From a virus: a stretch of 64,000 nucleotides of DNA. Under the pieces are notes generated by a model. That model made no database searches and was not told the origin of the DNA. It saw nothing but the letters and a program-made list of their open reading frames with translations. Shown piece by piece: positions 9,215-19,946 of the stretch; the first letter of the stretch is position 1; every line of letters begins with the position of its first letter. The translations under genes and the position numbers were made by a program. The stretch lies in IMG/VR virus record IMGVR_UViG_3300044977_000123, positions 1 to 64,000 of that record. The stretch is one strand, 5' to 3'.

Positions 9215-9480
9215 CCGCCCCGGTGCGCATCGTCCTGGTCGGTGGCCCCAGCGACGGCGCCGAGCACACCATCGACGTGGCGTGGCTGCGGGAGGCGTGG
9301 CCGCAGTTCCAGCGCCTGCCCGAGCCCCAACTCACCCTCGGCAACCTGGACGGCCGTGGCGGGGAGCTACCGATCCAGCGCATCCCGATCGAGCAGTACG
9401 GGCTGATGCACGACGCCCACGGGCAGCCGTCGCGGGACGACATGGGCCGGCTGCGGTTCCGGTACCGGGGCGAGTGGTGA
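9211..9480 (+). CDS. hypothetical protein
   Basis: LVGGPSDG motif common in phage proteins; coupled. Confidence 0.6.
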   Translation: MTAPVRIVLVGGPSDGAEHTIDVAWLREAWPQFQRLPEPQLTLGNLDGRGGELPIQRIPIEQYGLMHDAHGQPSRDDMGRLRFRYRGEW

Positions 9481-9548
9481 CCGGCGTCGGAGCAGCAGAA
9501 CGAGCCGTCGGGCGCGGAGGCCGGACGGCAGTGGTGGGGCGGACTGGG

Positions 9549-9806
9549 CTACTGGGCGGCCCGCTTCTGGGCCTCGATCTTTGCGAGCGCGTCGGGCGGG
9601 ATGTAGCCGGGCGTGGACCACACGCCGGCCTCGGGTCGTGTCGGCTTCGTGGCGCCTGGTCGGTGCAGGTACCAGCGAGCGAATTCCCGGAGCACGTCGG
9701 CGCGGGTCTTGCCTTCTGTCGCGGCTGCCTCTTCGAGCGCGAACCACTCGTCATGCGGGAAGCGGACTTGCCTTGGTGGCGTGTGGGTTTCCTTGGCGGG
9801 CGTCAT
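9549..9806 (-). CDS. ribbon-helix-helix (CopG-like) regulator
   Basis: TPPRQVRFPHDEW..LEEAA..EGKTRADVLREF. Confidence 0.75.
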   Translation of the reverse strand: MTPAKETHTPPRQVRFPHDEWFALEEAAATEGKTRADVLREFARWYLHRPGATKPTRPEAGVWSTPGYIPPDALAKIEAQKRAAQ

Positions 9807-9824
9807 GTCCGCAGGGTAGGGCGC

Positions 9825-9949
9825 GTAGCTACACAGTGGCAATGGCGCGTCGCTACACGGAGCCCGTCAAAAGATCTTGAGTGTAGCTACATGATTCTTT
9901 GTGAAACCGGTAGACGTGTAGCTACACGAGCCGTAGTGTGTAGCTACAC
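9825..9949. promoter_or_regulatory. five TGTAGCTACA-type operators in a divergent promoter
   Basis: GTAGCTACAC 9825, GTCGCTACAC 9849, GTGTAGCTACAT 9881, CGTGTAGCTACACG 9915, GTGTAGCTACAC 9938. Confidence 0.8.
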
Positions 9950-9992
9950 GGACGGCGCAGGGCCGGACCGGGTAGCGCAAGGGGAACCCGCC

Positions 9993-10400
9993 ATGAACGC
10001 GACGCAGCGCAAGAGCCTGGCCCGTCAAATCCAGTCCACCCTGACCCGCGTCATGGCCCTCCCCAAGGCCGCGCTCTTCCACCTCCTCAACGGTGCCGCG
10101 ATCCAGCGTCTCCTCGGCTCGGGCGACCTGATCCGCACCGGCGACTACCTCATCCAGATGGGCGGCGGCGACCTCCGCGACGGCTACCAGTCCTGGTACG
10201 GCCGCGCCGTCGTCAAGGCGTACCGGCAGGCCAACCACCGCGAGCCGCTTCGGGCCTGGGTGCAGCACCGCACCACCGGCCGCTGGATCCACGTCTACGT
10301 CTACTGCCCCGGCGACCCCGCGCTCCTTGCTGGCCTGGCCAGCTACAGCCGGACCGCGCACCTCGTTCCCGCCGGTGCCACCTTCGCGGAGGCGGCCTGA
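9993..10400 (+). CDS. hypothetical protein
   Basis: RBS AAGGGG, GC3 bias. Confidence 0.65.
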   Translation: MNATQRKSLARQIQSTLTRVMALPKAALFHLLNGAAIQRLLGSGDLIRTGDYLIQMGGGDLRDGYQSWYGRAVVKAYRQANHREPLRAWVQHRTTGRWIHVYVYCPGDPALLAGLASYSRTAHLVPAGATFAEAA

Positions 10401-10455
10401 GGCCGACTTCACCCAGCCCACCCAACCGTGCATCACCAGCCCGACGGAGACCCTG

Positions 10456-10920
10456 ATGCCCAGCACCGACGCCACCCTCACCGACACCCTCGCCGCCACC
10501 CGGCTCACGGCACCCCTCCGCACCGCGACCGTCGCCGACGTCGTGAACCGCCTCCGCTCCAGCGGCTACCCGCTTGCTGCGGTCGACGCCCTCGGCTGGG
10601 GCATGGGCGACGCCCAGTACGGCATTGAGGCGGCAGTCGCCGTCGCCGTCAAGGCCGGCGTGGTCGAGGTCTCAAAGCTGCGTGGCAAGCCCATGGTCGC
10701 GCTCACTGCTTGGGGCCGCGACGGCTACGAGCCGCAGCCCATGTTCCGGCTCATGTACCGCACGTCGAACGGTCCCGTCGAGCGCGTCCTGCCCGCGAAC
10801 GGCATCGAGCGGATCGGCGCGGTCGTGATGCGCCTCGCCGACCGCGACAAGGCCACCGACATCGAGGTCCGCGACGAGAACGGCAGCGAGTGCACGTTCG
10901 ACTTCCGCTGCTTCACCTGA
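10456..10920 (+). CDS. hypothetical protein
   Basis: RBS GGAG, GC3 bias. Confidence 0.6.
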   Translation: MPSTDATLTDTLAATRLTAPLRTATVADVVNRLRSSGYPLAAVDALGWGMGDAQYGIEAAVAVAVKAGVVEVSKLRGKPMVALTAWGRDGYEPQPMFRLMYRTSNGPVERVLPANGIERIGAVVMRLADRDKATDIEVRDENGSECTFDFRCFT

Positions 10921-11052
10921 CCACCTGACCGGGGCCGCCCCACCTCCCCCACCGGAGCGCCCCACCCCACCGACTGGCGGTGCGGGTCACGCGACCCGCT
11001 ACACCGACTCGCTACCCGCACCGCCATCCACCGCACCGACAGGAGGCTCGCC

Positions 11053-11496
11053 GTGAACGCCACCCACCTGGAGACCAGGATCTACGTGCACTCCCACGGC
11101 GAGCCCGAACTCGTCCGCACCGAAGCCCGCCCCGGCTGGAACGCAGCCAAGCTCCAGAAAGCGCACACGGACGCAGTGATCGGCCGGCTCAACCAGCGGC
11201 GCCGCGAACAGCTCGACGCTCGCTACGCCGACATCCTCGCCCACGCCGAAGTCGCGAACTGGGGCCAGCCCGAGGGCTGGCCGGATGACCCGGAGATGCG
11301 CGAGTACCGCAAGAGCAAGCACCTGGCGCAGCAGGAGTCCTGGTACGCCGCGTGCGTGGACGCCATCGACAGCCTGCACCCGCTTAAGACCAGACCGCTA
11401 CTCCGCCCGTTCCCGAAGGTCACCTACAAGGACCGGTCGCAGGAGATCGCGGCCAAGTACGAGGGCGTCACCTTCGAACACATCGAGCAGCACTGA
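11053..11496 (+). CDS. hypothetical protein
   Basis: RBS AGGAGG. Confidence 0.65.
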   Translation: MNATHLETRIYVHSHGEPELVRTEARPGWNAAKLQKAHTDAVIGRLNQRRREQLDARYADILAHAEVANWGQPEGWPDDPEMREYRKSKHLAQQESWYAACVDAIDSLHPLKTRPLLRPFPKVTYKDRSQEIAAKYEGVTFEHIEQH

Positions 11497-11559
11497 CCAC
11501 CCACCTGGCCCCGACCCCCGCCTAGCCGCCCGCCCGCACCTCACCCACCGGAGACCACC

Positions 11560-12282
11560 GTGCGCACCTACGCCACCGCCCAGCAGATCGGCACCCGCTC
11601 GCACCAGTGCGACGCCACCGCGACCAGGCACACCGCCGACGGTGGCCGCGCCTATGTCCTCCTCGACGGCATCGGTTCCGACGACGGGGTCCGCGACTGG
11701 ACCCGGGAGATCACGCAGCGCCTCGCGATCCTGACCGCCCGCACCCTGCAGCCGCATGAGGCGATTGAGCAGGTGCAGGCCGAGATCACCCGCGAGCCCG
11801 GCTGGGACGACGAGGTCCCCGGAGCATGCGCCGTCATCGCCGTCACCGGCCCTGACCAGTTGCTGCGTATCGCATGGATCGGTGACTGCCGCGCCTACCT
11901 GCTCCACCCGGACGGGCACCTGCAACGCCTGACGGCCGACCACAACCAGCGCGCCGAGTTCGAAGCCGCCGGCGCTGCTGTCCCCTACTGGGCACGGAAC
12001 ATCGTGACCCGCTGCATGGGCCACCCGAAGGGCGGCGAAGCACTGGAGCCCGAGTGGACTGCCGTCCACGACCGCACCGGCACCCGGATGCTGCTCGTGT
12101 CGGACGGCTGCTACGAGCCGATCGAGGACTCCTGCCTCGACCTCGCCGCCGACCTCGCCCTGTACGACGCGCCGGCCCGGGCCGCAGAGCACATCGTCGC
12201 CACCGCCATCGCGGCCGCCAGTGCGCACGCCGACAACGCGACCTGCCTCGTCGCGGACTTCGACTTCAACCCCGCCGCCTGA
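11560..12282 (+). CDS. PP2C/PPM-family Ser/Thr protein phosphatase
   Basis: LLDGIG, AWIGDCRAY, LTADHN, NIVTRCMG, LLVSDG, DNATC. Confidence 0.85.
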   Translation: MRTYATAQQIGTRSHQCDATATRHTADGGRAYVLLDGIGSDDGVRDWTREITQRLAILTARTLQPHEAIEQVQAEITREPGWDDEVPGACAVIAVTGPDQLLRIAWIGDCRAYLLHPDGHLQRLTADHNQRAEFEAAGAAVPYWARNIVTRCMGHPKGGEALEPEWTAVHDRTGTRMLLVSDGCYEPIEDSCLDLAADLALYDAPARAAEHIVATAIAAASAHADNATCLVADFDFNPAA

Positions 12283-12297
12283 CTGGAGATCACCACG

Positions 12298-12501
12298 ATG
12301 CCCGATCCGCGCATCTACCCGACGGAGCTTCAGGTCGGCGACCGAATCACCTCCGACCCGCGCCGGGACTACGTCGTCTCGACGATCACCGTGGACGACT
12401 TCGGCGACGTGGTGATCAACGACGGCACGCCGGATCGGGTCCGCATCGACCGCGAGCAGACCGTGACGATCACGCCGCGACAGGCCGACGCCAGTAGCTG
12501 A
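12298..12501 (+). CDS. small beta-rich hypothetical protein
   Basis: RBS GGAG; ELQVGDRI. Confidence 0.6.
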   Translation: MPDPRIYPTELQVGDRITSDPRRDYVVSTITVDDFGDVVINDGTPDRVRIDREQTVTITPRQADASS

Positions 12502-12564
12502 CCCGCTCCCGTCCCGTATCCCCTGCGGGGCGGGCCACCCGACCACCCAGCAAGGAGCAGCACC

Positions 12565-12885
12565 GTGACCGACACCAATCCGACCGAACCCGCCGTCGTC
12601 TACATCGCGATGCGCGGCACGTACCCAACCGGGGCCAGTGGCCACCTCGGCGACGTCCAGGCCCACGCCCAGCGATGCGAAGCCCAGTTCGACCGCGAGC
12701 CCCGCGAGTTCCGGTGGGACGAGACCCACGCCGGCCAGACGTGGCAGCTGATGGTGCTCAACGCCCGCACCGGGCGCTGGGGCAAGGCGCTTGTCGCGGT
12801 CCATGCCGCGCCGATCGTCGACGCCCCGTGCCCGTGCGGCGCGGAGCCGGTCCACCAGGCTGGCTGCACCGGCGGGGAGGCGTGA
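12565..12885 (+). CDS. hypothetical protein
   Basis: RBS AAGGAG. Confidence 0.6.
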   Translation: MTDTNPTEPAVVYIAMRGTYPTGASGHLGDVQAHAQRCEAQFDREPREFRWDETHAGQTWQLMVLNARTGRWGKALVAVHAAPIVDAPCPCGAEPVHQAGCTGGEA

Positions 12886-12887
12886 CC

Positions 12888-13484
12888 ATGAGCGAGCCCC
12901 TGACCGACGCCCAGCTCGCCGCGATCACCGCCCTGATTGGCGACACGGAACCTGCGACCAACTCCCTCCTGGGCAGCCTCGCCGAGTCCGTTCGCGACCG
13001 GCGGCAGTGCGAGCACCCGCGCCCAGAGGACTTCTTCTGCAACAACCTGACGGCGTGGGCCGGCGAGCGCATCGCCTTCGTGCTGCGGCGCCTCGTGAAC
13101 GCCGAAGCCGAGGTCCAGCGCCTCCGCGCCGAGATCATCGGGCTTGAAGACCTCAAGCAGCGCGCGCTCGACAAGAACGAGCAGCTCCGCGCCGAGTTGG
13201 CGGAGGCACGCGAGGCCCGGCTGGAGTGGTCCCGCATCGGCGACCACCCGGAACTCGCCCACTGGGCCGACTCCCTCGTGGGCGCCGACCTGACCCCGCA
13301 CCCCGCGTTCGCCTGGTGCAGCACCACGACCGGCTACGAGATCGCGGTCCAGGTCGCCACCACCGATGAGCTCAAGGAAGCCGCGCGCACAGAACTGCTC
13401 GCCGAGCTGCAGGCCGTGTTCGACGCGACGATCTGCCGGGTCCTCGGATACCGCTCGGCCACCACCGCCATCCCGGAGGTCTAA
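12888..13484 (+). CDS. coiled-coil phage hypothetical protein
   Basis: RBS GGAGG; AEVQRLRAE heptads. Confidence 0.6.
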   Translation: MSEPLTDAQLAAITALIGDTEPATNSLLGSLAESVRDRRQCEHPRPEDFFCNNLTAWAGERIAFVLRRLVNAEAEVQRLRAEIIGLEDLKQRALDKNEQLRAELAEAREARLEWSRIGDHPELAHWADSLVGADLTPHPAFAWCSTTTGYEIAVQVATTDELKEAARTELLAELQAVFDATICRVLGYRSATTAIPEV

Positions 13485-13486
13485 CC

Positions 13487-14182
13487 ATGCTGCCCGACCA
13501 CACTGCCACCGAGCGGACGCCGTACTGCGTGGCGCAGGGCTGTGCTGGCCTGCCGCCCCGCGAGCACCTTGAAGCGCACACCCGCGACGGGAGCACTGGC
13601 CCGGATCAGGTGGCCGAGCTGATCGACGCGTTCGAGCGGCACGTCCGCGCCCAGGACGCCACCGAGCCGATCATCGCCCGCTGGAAGAAGGGCCTGGAGC
13701 ACCACCCCGCTGGCACCACGGTGGAGTGCGTCGACGCCGACGACAACCTGCGCGGCATCTCCCTCGAACTCAGCGTCGACGACCGCGAAGCCCTGGGTCT
13801 GATGCTGGTCGACCCCGAGGGCGAGATGGACCAGGCCGACGATGGCGACGGCGAGACGATGCGCACCGCCTGGAACGAGGTCCGCGAGGCGCTGATCCAC
13901 CGTGCTGACGTGCGGACCGTGCTCGACCTGATGGACCGGCACGACCGCGCCGCGAGTCGCGCCCTGACCGCCGCTGCCTGGCATGCCTCCCCCGCCAAGG
14001 AGCAGTTCCCGCTGGCCATGCGCCTGTTCGGCGGCACGACTGTCCACTCTGCTCGACTCATCCCCGACTCGGGCACGGGCCTGTACGCCACGGCCTGCGG
14101 GGAGACGGGCAAGCCCGGCAGCGGCGCAGGCGTCGTTGACTGCGCGGCCTGCATCGCTCAGACCGCATCGAAGGAGAGCTGA
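13487..14182 (+). CDS. hypothetical protein with C-terminal H-C-CxxC domain
   Basis: RBS GGAGG; VHSARL..TACG..CAAC. Confidence 0.6.
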   Translation: MLPDHTATERTPYCVAQGCAGLPPREHLEAHTRDGSTGPDQVAELIDAFERHVRAQDATEPIIARWKKGLEHHPAGTTVECVDADDNLRGISLELSVDDREALGLMLVDPEGEMDQADDGDGETMRTAWNEVREALIHRADVRTVLDLMDRHDRAASRALTAAAWHASPAKEQFPLAMRLFGGTTVHSARLIPDSGTGLYATACGETGKPGSGAGVVDCAACIAQTASKES

Positions 14183-14183
14183 C

Positions 14184-14618
14184 ATGTCCGACACCCCGTT
14201 CCGCATCGTCGTCACGCCGCGCGGCAGTGATCACTTCCACACCGCTGACGACGAGCACGATGCCCGCATCCTGCTGGACATCGTGCAGGCCGCCGTGCGC
14301 GTTCAGTACGGCGAAGGCGCGGACGTCCGCCAGATCCGGCACATGGCACCGCCGTCCCGCTTCCACGCCACCCCGGCGGAGATCGACGCGTTCCTGCGGT
14401 TCCACTTCGCCGAGGACATGCTGCTCCGCTACCAGCAGGCCATCGGGAACCGCTCTGCGAGCGAAGCGGCCCGGGACATTCGGACGGAGTCCCACTCGCC
14501 GCTCGCCGGCACCAAGTTCACCGAAGGCATGACCTTCGCCGCCGACCACATCGACCCGCTTCGGGGTGGCGGGCACTACCCGTCCGAGCTGATCAACCTC
14601 ACACCGAAGGAGAACTGA
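14184..14618 (+). CDS. hypothetical protein
   Basis: RBS AAGGAG. Confidence 0.6.
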   Translation: MSDTPFRIVVTPRGSDHFHTADDEHDARILLDIVQAAVRVQYGEGADVRQIRHMAPPSRFHATPAEIDAFLRFHFAEDMLLRYQQAIGNRSASEAARDIRTESHSPLAGTKFTEGMTFAADHIDPLRGGGHYPSELINLTPKEN

Positions 14619-14619
14619 C

Positions 14620-14979
14620 ATGCAGATCCGAATCACTGACGGCGAGGGCCAGCCGACCGAGCTGATCGCGTTCGCCGAGTCCGACCCCAAAGCCCCCGCC
14701 TACCTGTACACCGACGTGGACGCGGACCGGCTCGTCGTGTTCACGGCCGTCATTCCCGACCTGGGTCCCGGCATCAACGTCAAGACCGACCAGTTCGGGG
14801 CATCGTTTCCGCTCGCGGACGTGGCTGCCCTGGTGGATGGCATCTGGTCGGCGGCGCAGCAGGCCGCGCACGAGCAGGGGGTCGTGCCGTGCCCGCATCC
14901 TCGCTGCGGGCCGTGCTCGTTCGACCGCGCTATTCCGCCAAGTGGGAACGCCGACGAGCTGGAAGGCGGTGCCCGGTGA
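14620..14979 (+). CDS. hypothetical protein
   Basis: RBS AAGGAG. Confidence 0.6.
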   Translation: MQIRITDGEGQPTELIAFAESDPKAPAYLYTDVDADRLVVFTAVIPDLGPGINVKTDQFGASFPLADVAALVDGIWSAAQQAAHEQGVVPCPHPRCGPCSFDRAIPPSGNADELEGGAR

Positions 14980-16702
14980 GTGCCCGGGATGATCTGCGCG
15001 TCCCGTTCGGTCTCGCCGTCGCGATGGCCGGGCAGCCGGTGTCGCTGGTCGATGAGTGCCTGGACGAGTACGAGGCGGCGCACCGCGCCGAGGTGCTGCG
15101 CGAGGCCGCCGCGACGATCCGCCACCACCACGGCGGCAACCACTCCTACGCCGACCTGCTCGACACCATGGCCGACGGGAGCGCGACGTGACCGCCGACC
15201 GTCCCGCCATCGGTTCCCGCCGCACCACCTGGCCCGCCGCCCTCCCGCTCCAGCAAGCCGCCGACACCCTGCGCGCGGGCGGCACCGACGTTCCCGATCG
15301 TCTCGTCAAACCCCTGGCGGACCTGCTGGAGGAGTACGCCAACGCCATGCCCTGGCTCGCGCCATACGGCGAGAACGAAGGCGGATACGGCCAGTGGGTC
15401 ACCGTCATGCGCGTCGCCGCCATCGTCAACGGCATCACTGACGGGAGTACGACGTGACCGTCCGCGTCATGCGCCGCGAGAACTATCCGCTCGCCGCCAA
15501 ACTCCGCAACGGCCGAGTCGTCCACCTTGCCCGCACTCTCCCTGACTCGGATCAGCTCCGGACCGCCTGCGGGAAGACCGGCCTGCCGCAGCCGCCATGG
15601 CCCAGCAGCAGCCGGGCCGATTGCACAGCCTGCCTGAACCAGCCCTGGTCGCAGGACCAGCGAACCCGCCCGTAGTTCGCCTGCCGCGCCGGATCCGCCG
15701 GCGCGGCCAACCCGAAGGAGCAGCCATGCAGGCCGAAGCCCGCATCCGAACTGTCAGGCACCACGAACTGATCCTGCCGCTCGGCGCGCACCACACCGAG
15801 GTCAGCCGCGCCATCTCCGTTGCCGTTGAGGGCTGGGAGCGCGGACGCGGCCAGCGGCTCGGCGATGTCACCGTCACCGCCGACGACACCCACCTGATCA
15901 TCAGCTACCAGTCGCTGGTCGACGAGAACGAGGAGACCGTGCGATGACCAAGGGCGAGTACGAGGAGCGCATGCGCCGCCTCAAGGACAACGCCGAGGAC
16001 GCCCGCAAGGCATACGTGCGGGCGAAGTCCCACTACGACGGCATCTGCGAGGAGATGCGGAACCTGCGCATCACCTACCGGGAGCAGCAGACCACCGAGC
16101 CGCTGCCTGCCGCCGAGGGTGGCGAGTGATGGCCGCCGTCCCGGTCGCGATCCGTGTCACCCGCTACGCCTGCCCAGTCTGTCGTCGCACCCACAGCAAG
16201 CGCGCCGGCTGTGTCGCGCACATCGCCCGCTGCTGGCGGAACCCCGACGCACACGCCTGCAAGACCTGCAGCCACTACGTGCCGTCGGAGGCTGGCCCGT
16301 ATCCGGAGCATCCCGGGTGGGACGAGCAGTGCGGGCTCGACATCGACCTGACCGGCGGCATCAAGGTCGGCTGCCCGGCCTGGAGGTCAGCCGATGCCTG
16401 ACCTGCCTGAGCCCACCGCTCCGGATCGCTGCCCGGCCTGCTGGTGCGCCGCTTGTGCCGGTCTGCTGTCGGAGCACGGCGTGGACGGCTGCCACTGCGA
16501 GGACTGCCTGCTGTCCCCCGACGTCGCATGCAGCCTCGCCGAGTTCCACCCTCCGCAGCGGATCGGGTACCTCGCCGCCCAGTTGGGGCCGCTGCTGTCG
16601 GTACACCTCGGCCTCAAGCACCAGCAGCGGTGTCTCTTCGCTGCTCACGCCACCCATCACGCCCTGCTCGACTACGACCACCCGAAGGAGCAACATGCCT
16701 GA
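14976..16702 (+). other. run of small hypothetical genes: 14976-15191, 15188-15457, 15454-15675, 15726-15947, 15944-16129, 16126-16401, 16394-16702
   Basis: mostly overlapping (A/G)TGA start-stops, RBSs, several CxxC-rich. Confidence 0.6.
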
Positions 16703-16892
16703 TCAGCTTCCCACCGACGAGCAGGTCCTGACCCTCTCCGCCCGGGGCTACAGCGCCCACGACATCGCCCACCACCTCGGCGTCGACGACCGCGCGGTCC
16801 AGAACGCGGTCGCCCGAATCCGCCGGCGACTCGGGGCCCGCAGCCTCGACCACGCCGTGCAGATCCACCAGACCCGCAAGGAGCAGCAGTGA
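16695..16892 (+). CDS. stand-alone LuxR-type HTH
   Basis: EQVLTLSARGYSAHDIAHHLGV...VQNAVARIRRRLGA. Confidence 0.75.
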   Translation: MPDQLPTDEQVLTLSARGYSAHDIAHHLGVDDRAVQNAVARIRRRLGARSLDHAVQIHQTRKEQQ

Positions 16893-17609
16893 TGAACCCC
16901 AGGCTCATTCTCGGCGCCCTCGACGAGGCACTTCGCCACGTCTCGCCCGGCGAGGACACCTACACCACCCACGGAGCGGCAGACGCCCGGGACGTCGCCC
17001 GGTCCCGATCGGAGGACTGCCACCCGCAAGGACAGCGGGGCCCGCAACATCTCACCGCCATCGACCAGGAGCTGCGGCACTGGATCGCGGGCGGCCCAAC
17101 GATGCTGGACCGCGGCGGCGAGTTCGAGCGCGCCTACGAGCGCGTCCAGCAGCAGGTCGAGCGGATTCTCGACGGTGATCTGGCCACGGTCACCCGACTG
17201 CTGGAGCAGGCGCACCGGCGCGCGCAGGCGCTGCTGGCCGAGGTGCGGGGCGGAAGCGAGGCCCCCGATGCCTGACCTCACGCCCGCCGACGAACTCCGC
17301 GCCGCCGCCGAGCGTCTCCGCGTCGCCCTCGCCCCTGCACCCCCCTGCCAGCACCCCGACTGCGGCCACCCCGAGGGCTGGCACAAGGAGGACAGCGACG
17401 GCCAGACCGTGTGCACCAGCTGCGACTACGACGCGCACGACTACATCAACCCCGGACTGGAGATCCCGGACGGTGTCGGGGAGCCGCTCGCGACCGTGTT
17501 CGACAAGTGGGCCCGGCTCGCCGACCTCGACCCCGATCTGCTCAACCGCGTCGGCGGCGACGAGACCCTCGCGACCGCCCGCGCGATTCTCGCCGGAGGA
17601 CAGCCATGA
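16889..17609 (+). other. two hypothetical genes: 16889-17275, 17268-17609
   Basis: overlapping ORFs; LTPADELRAAAERLR phage-type start in the second. Confidence 0.55.
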
Positions 17610-18046
17610 GCGAGTTGCCCCGCAATCTTCCCGCTGGCTACGGGACCGGCCGCTGCAGCTGCGACGAGAAGCCGGACGACAGGTGCTGCAAGCTGGGACA
17701 CCCCGGCGTTGTCCCGATCGAGATGATGCTGCCCAAGGCGATCGTCCGCCCGACCCGCTACACCGTCACCTGCGTCCCGCGCGACGCCGCCCCCGACGCG
17801 CACGTGTGGGCGCTGTACGTCGAGGAGCAGCGCGACGGGTCGTGGGTCGTCAGCAACGGTCACGAGTGGCTGGACGCCGACCACATGTGGCACATCGCCT
17901 GCAGTTCGAACGCCAAGGCGTGCAGCTTCGACGAGCAGACCGCGCTGCGCCTGGCCCGCGAGCATACGCCGAGGGTCGTCGTCGGACATCGCACCGTCGC
18001 CCAGGCGCTTGCGCTTGCCGCCGAATGGAAGAGGAACGGATCATGA
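17606..18046 (+). CDS. hypothetical protein (paralog of next gene)
   Basis: RPTRYTV...VE...W.V...F..TALRLA. Confidence 0.65.
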   Translation: MSELPRNLPAGYGTGRCSCDEKPDDRCCKLGHPGVVPIEMMLPKAIVRPTRYTVTCVPRDAAPDAHVWALYVEEQRDGSWVVSNGHEWLDADHMWHIACSSNAKACSFDEQTALRLAREHTPRVVVGHRTVAQALALAAEWKRNGS

Positions 18047-18399
18047 CCGACCTGCCCGAGGCCACTGCTCGCCCGTCGTCGTACACCGTCTCGATCCTGC
18101 CCGAGCGGAACATCGACACGCACCTGTTCGAAATCCGCGTCGAGGAACGCGGCCAGATCGACGGCACGACCCGCTGGGCTGTCGTCCGCATGGGCTACTG
18201 CCTGAACCGGCGTGGCCGCTGGGACTACGAGATGTTGCCGTCGAGCCGCACGGACCGGTGGATCGCCGGGCACCGGTTCGACCTGGAGACGGCGCTGCGG
18301 CTGGCGAAGAAGGCCGCACCGCTGATCACCGTCAACGGCTTCACCGTGGCCGACGTGCTCGCCCAGATCGAAGCCCGCAGCAAGGAGAACGGATCATGA
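18043..18399 (+). CDS. hypothetical protein (paralog of previous gene)
   Basis: RPSSYTV...VE...WAV...FDLETALRLA. Confidence 0.7.
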   Translation: MTDLPEATARPSSYTVSILPERNIDTHLFEIRVEERGQIDGTTRWAVVRMGYCLNRRGRWDYEMLPSSRTDRWIAGHRFDLETALRLAKKAAPLITVNGFTVADVLAQIEARSKENGS

Positions 18400-19946
18400 C
18401 CGACCGCAGCGTCCGAGCCGACCAGCTCGCCCACGACCGCCGCACCAACCCGCAGACCGACGACGACCTGCGCAGCCGCATCGCCGAAGCGCTGATGCGC
18501 TGGGCCGAGCGCAACAACAGTCCCCGCTACGCGCCGATCCGGCGACCCGAGACCGTCACGCGGAACGCGTACGACAGGGCCGACGCCGTGCTCGCCGCGG
18601 TCCAGCCGGAGCTGGACCGGCTCACCGCCGAGCGCGACCAGGCGCACCGCGACTGCCAAAGCTACGCCGACCTCGCCAGCGGAGCCGAGCGCACCCGCCA
18701 GTTCCACAAGGACGACGCCGACCGGTACGAGGAGCAGCTACGGCAGGAGCGGGACCGCTACCGGGCGGCGTGGCAGTCCGCGCGGTTCCGCGCCGAGGCG
18801 CACAGCGAAGGCAGCCAGCGGCACATCGAGGCTCGCGACGACTGGAAGGGCTGGATGCACGAGCAAGCCCACCGCGCCGAGCAGGCCGAGGCTGCGATCG
18901 CCCGCGTCCGCCGCTACTGCGAGCTGACTGCCGACTCCTGCCGCGTGCAGGCCCGCGAGATGGCCATCGACGTGCTTCAGATCATCGACGGCAAGAATCC
19001 GCACGAGGTGCTGATCGACCGCACCTCGGTCGGCTCGCCCGACGTCCGGCTGATAGCGGCACGGACGCCGCCCGAGGACGTCGAGCGGATCCTGCGGCGG
19101 GCGCGAGGACTGGACGACGACGATCGGCCGAACCCGCCGTATGACCTGCCCGACGGCTTCCGGTCCGGCGCCGGAGGTGAGCAATGATCCGCCGCACCTA
19201 CGCCTGCCCCGGCGAGACAAGGCCGCCGACGTGCCGCTGTGCCTGCTACGGCTGCCGGCACCACTGCTCCGCCCACAACCCGCCCGTTCTGCACGACTGG
19301 AGGACCATCATGGACCGCACGTTCTGGCGCCGCGTCAGCGACGTCCTGCACCACCGCTACCCCCGCCCCGGGCCGGTCCACATGCCCCGCCACGGCGACG
19401 CCGTCGACCTGTGGCTCAAGGCGAAGCGGGACGAGTACAGCGAGGCCGTCGACACGCAGTGGGACACCATCGACGACCTCCTCACCGCCTACCGGCTCCA
19501 CGCCGCGCTGAGGACGCCGCTGGACCAGGCGGTCAGCGCAGGCGGCGAGCCGTGACCGCGATCACCCCTCAGGCATGCCCGGCCTGCGGACACCACACCA
19601 GCAGCTGCATCTGGGGCCGCTGCACCACATTCGTGCCCGGACCGCCCGGCGGCCCACTCGCCGAGTACTGCGGCTGCGAGTGCTACCAGGCCATCACCGG
19701 GCGCACCTTGAACAGCGAGATCGCCGAGAGCCTGCGTACCTACCTCGACAAGGAGACCTGACCATGTCCATCCACTTCCCGCCGACCGCCGAAGAGATCG
19801 CCGCCCTGCCCCCTGCCGACGCCTCCCAGGCCCACGAGTTGTACGACGCTGCCGAGCACGCCCAGGGCGACGAGCAGGCCGCGCTCACCGCGCTCGCCGA
19901 GCACTGCATCCACTGCGGCCAGCCACTGCCCGGGGGCGTCGAGTGA
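18396..19946 (+). other. hypothetical genes: 18396-19187, 19184-19555, 19552-19761, 19764-19946
   Basis: ATGA/GTGA coupling, RBSs. Confidence 0.6.
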
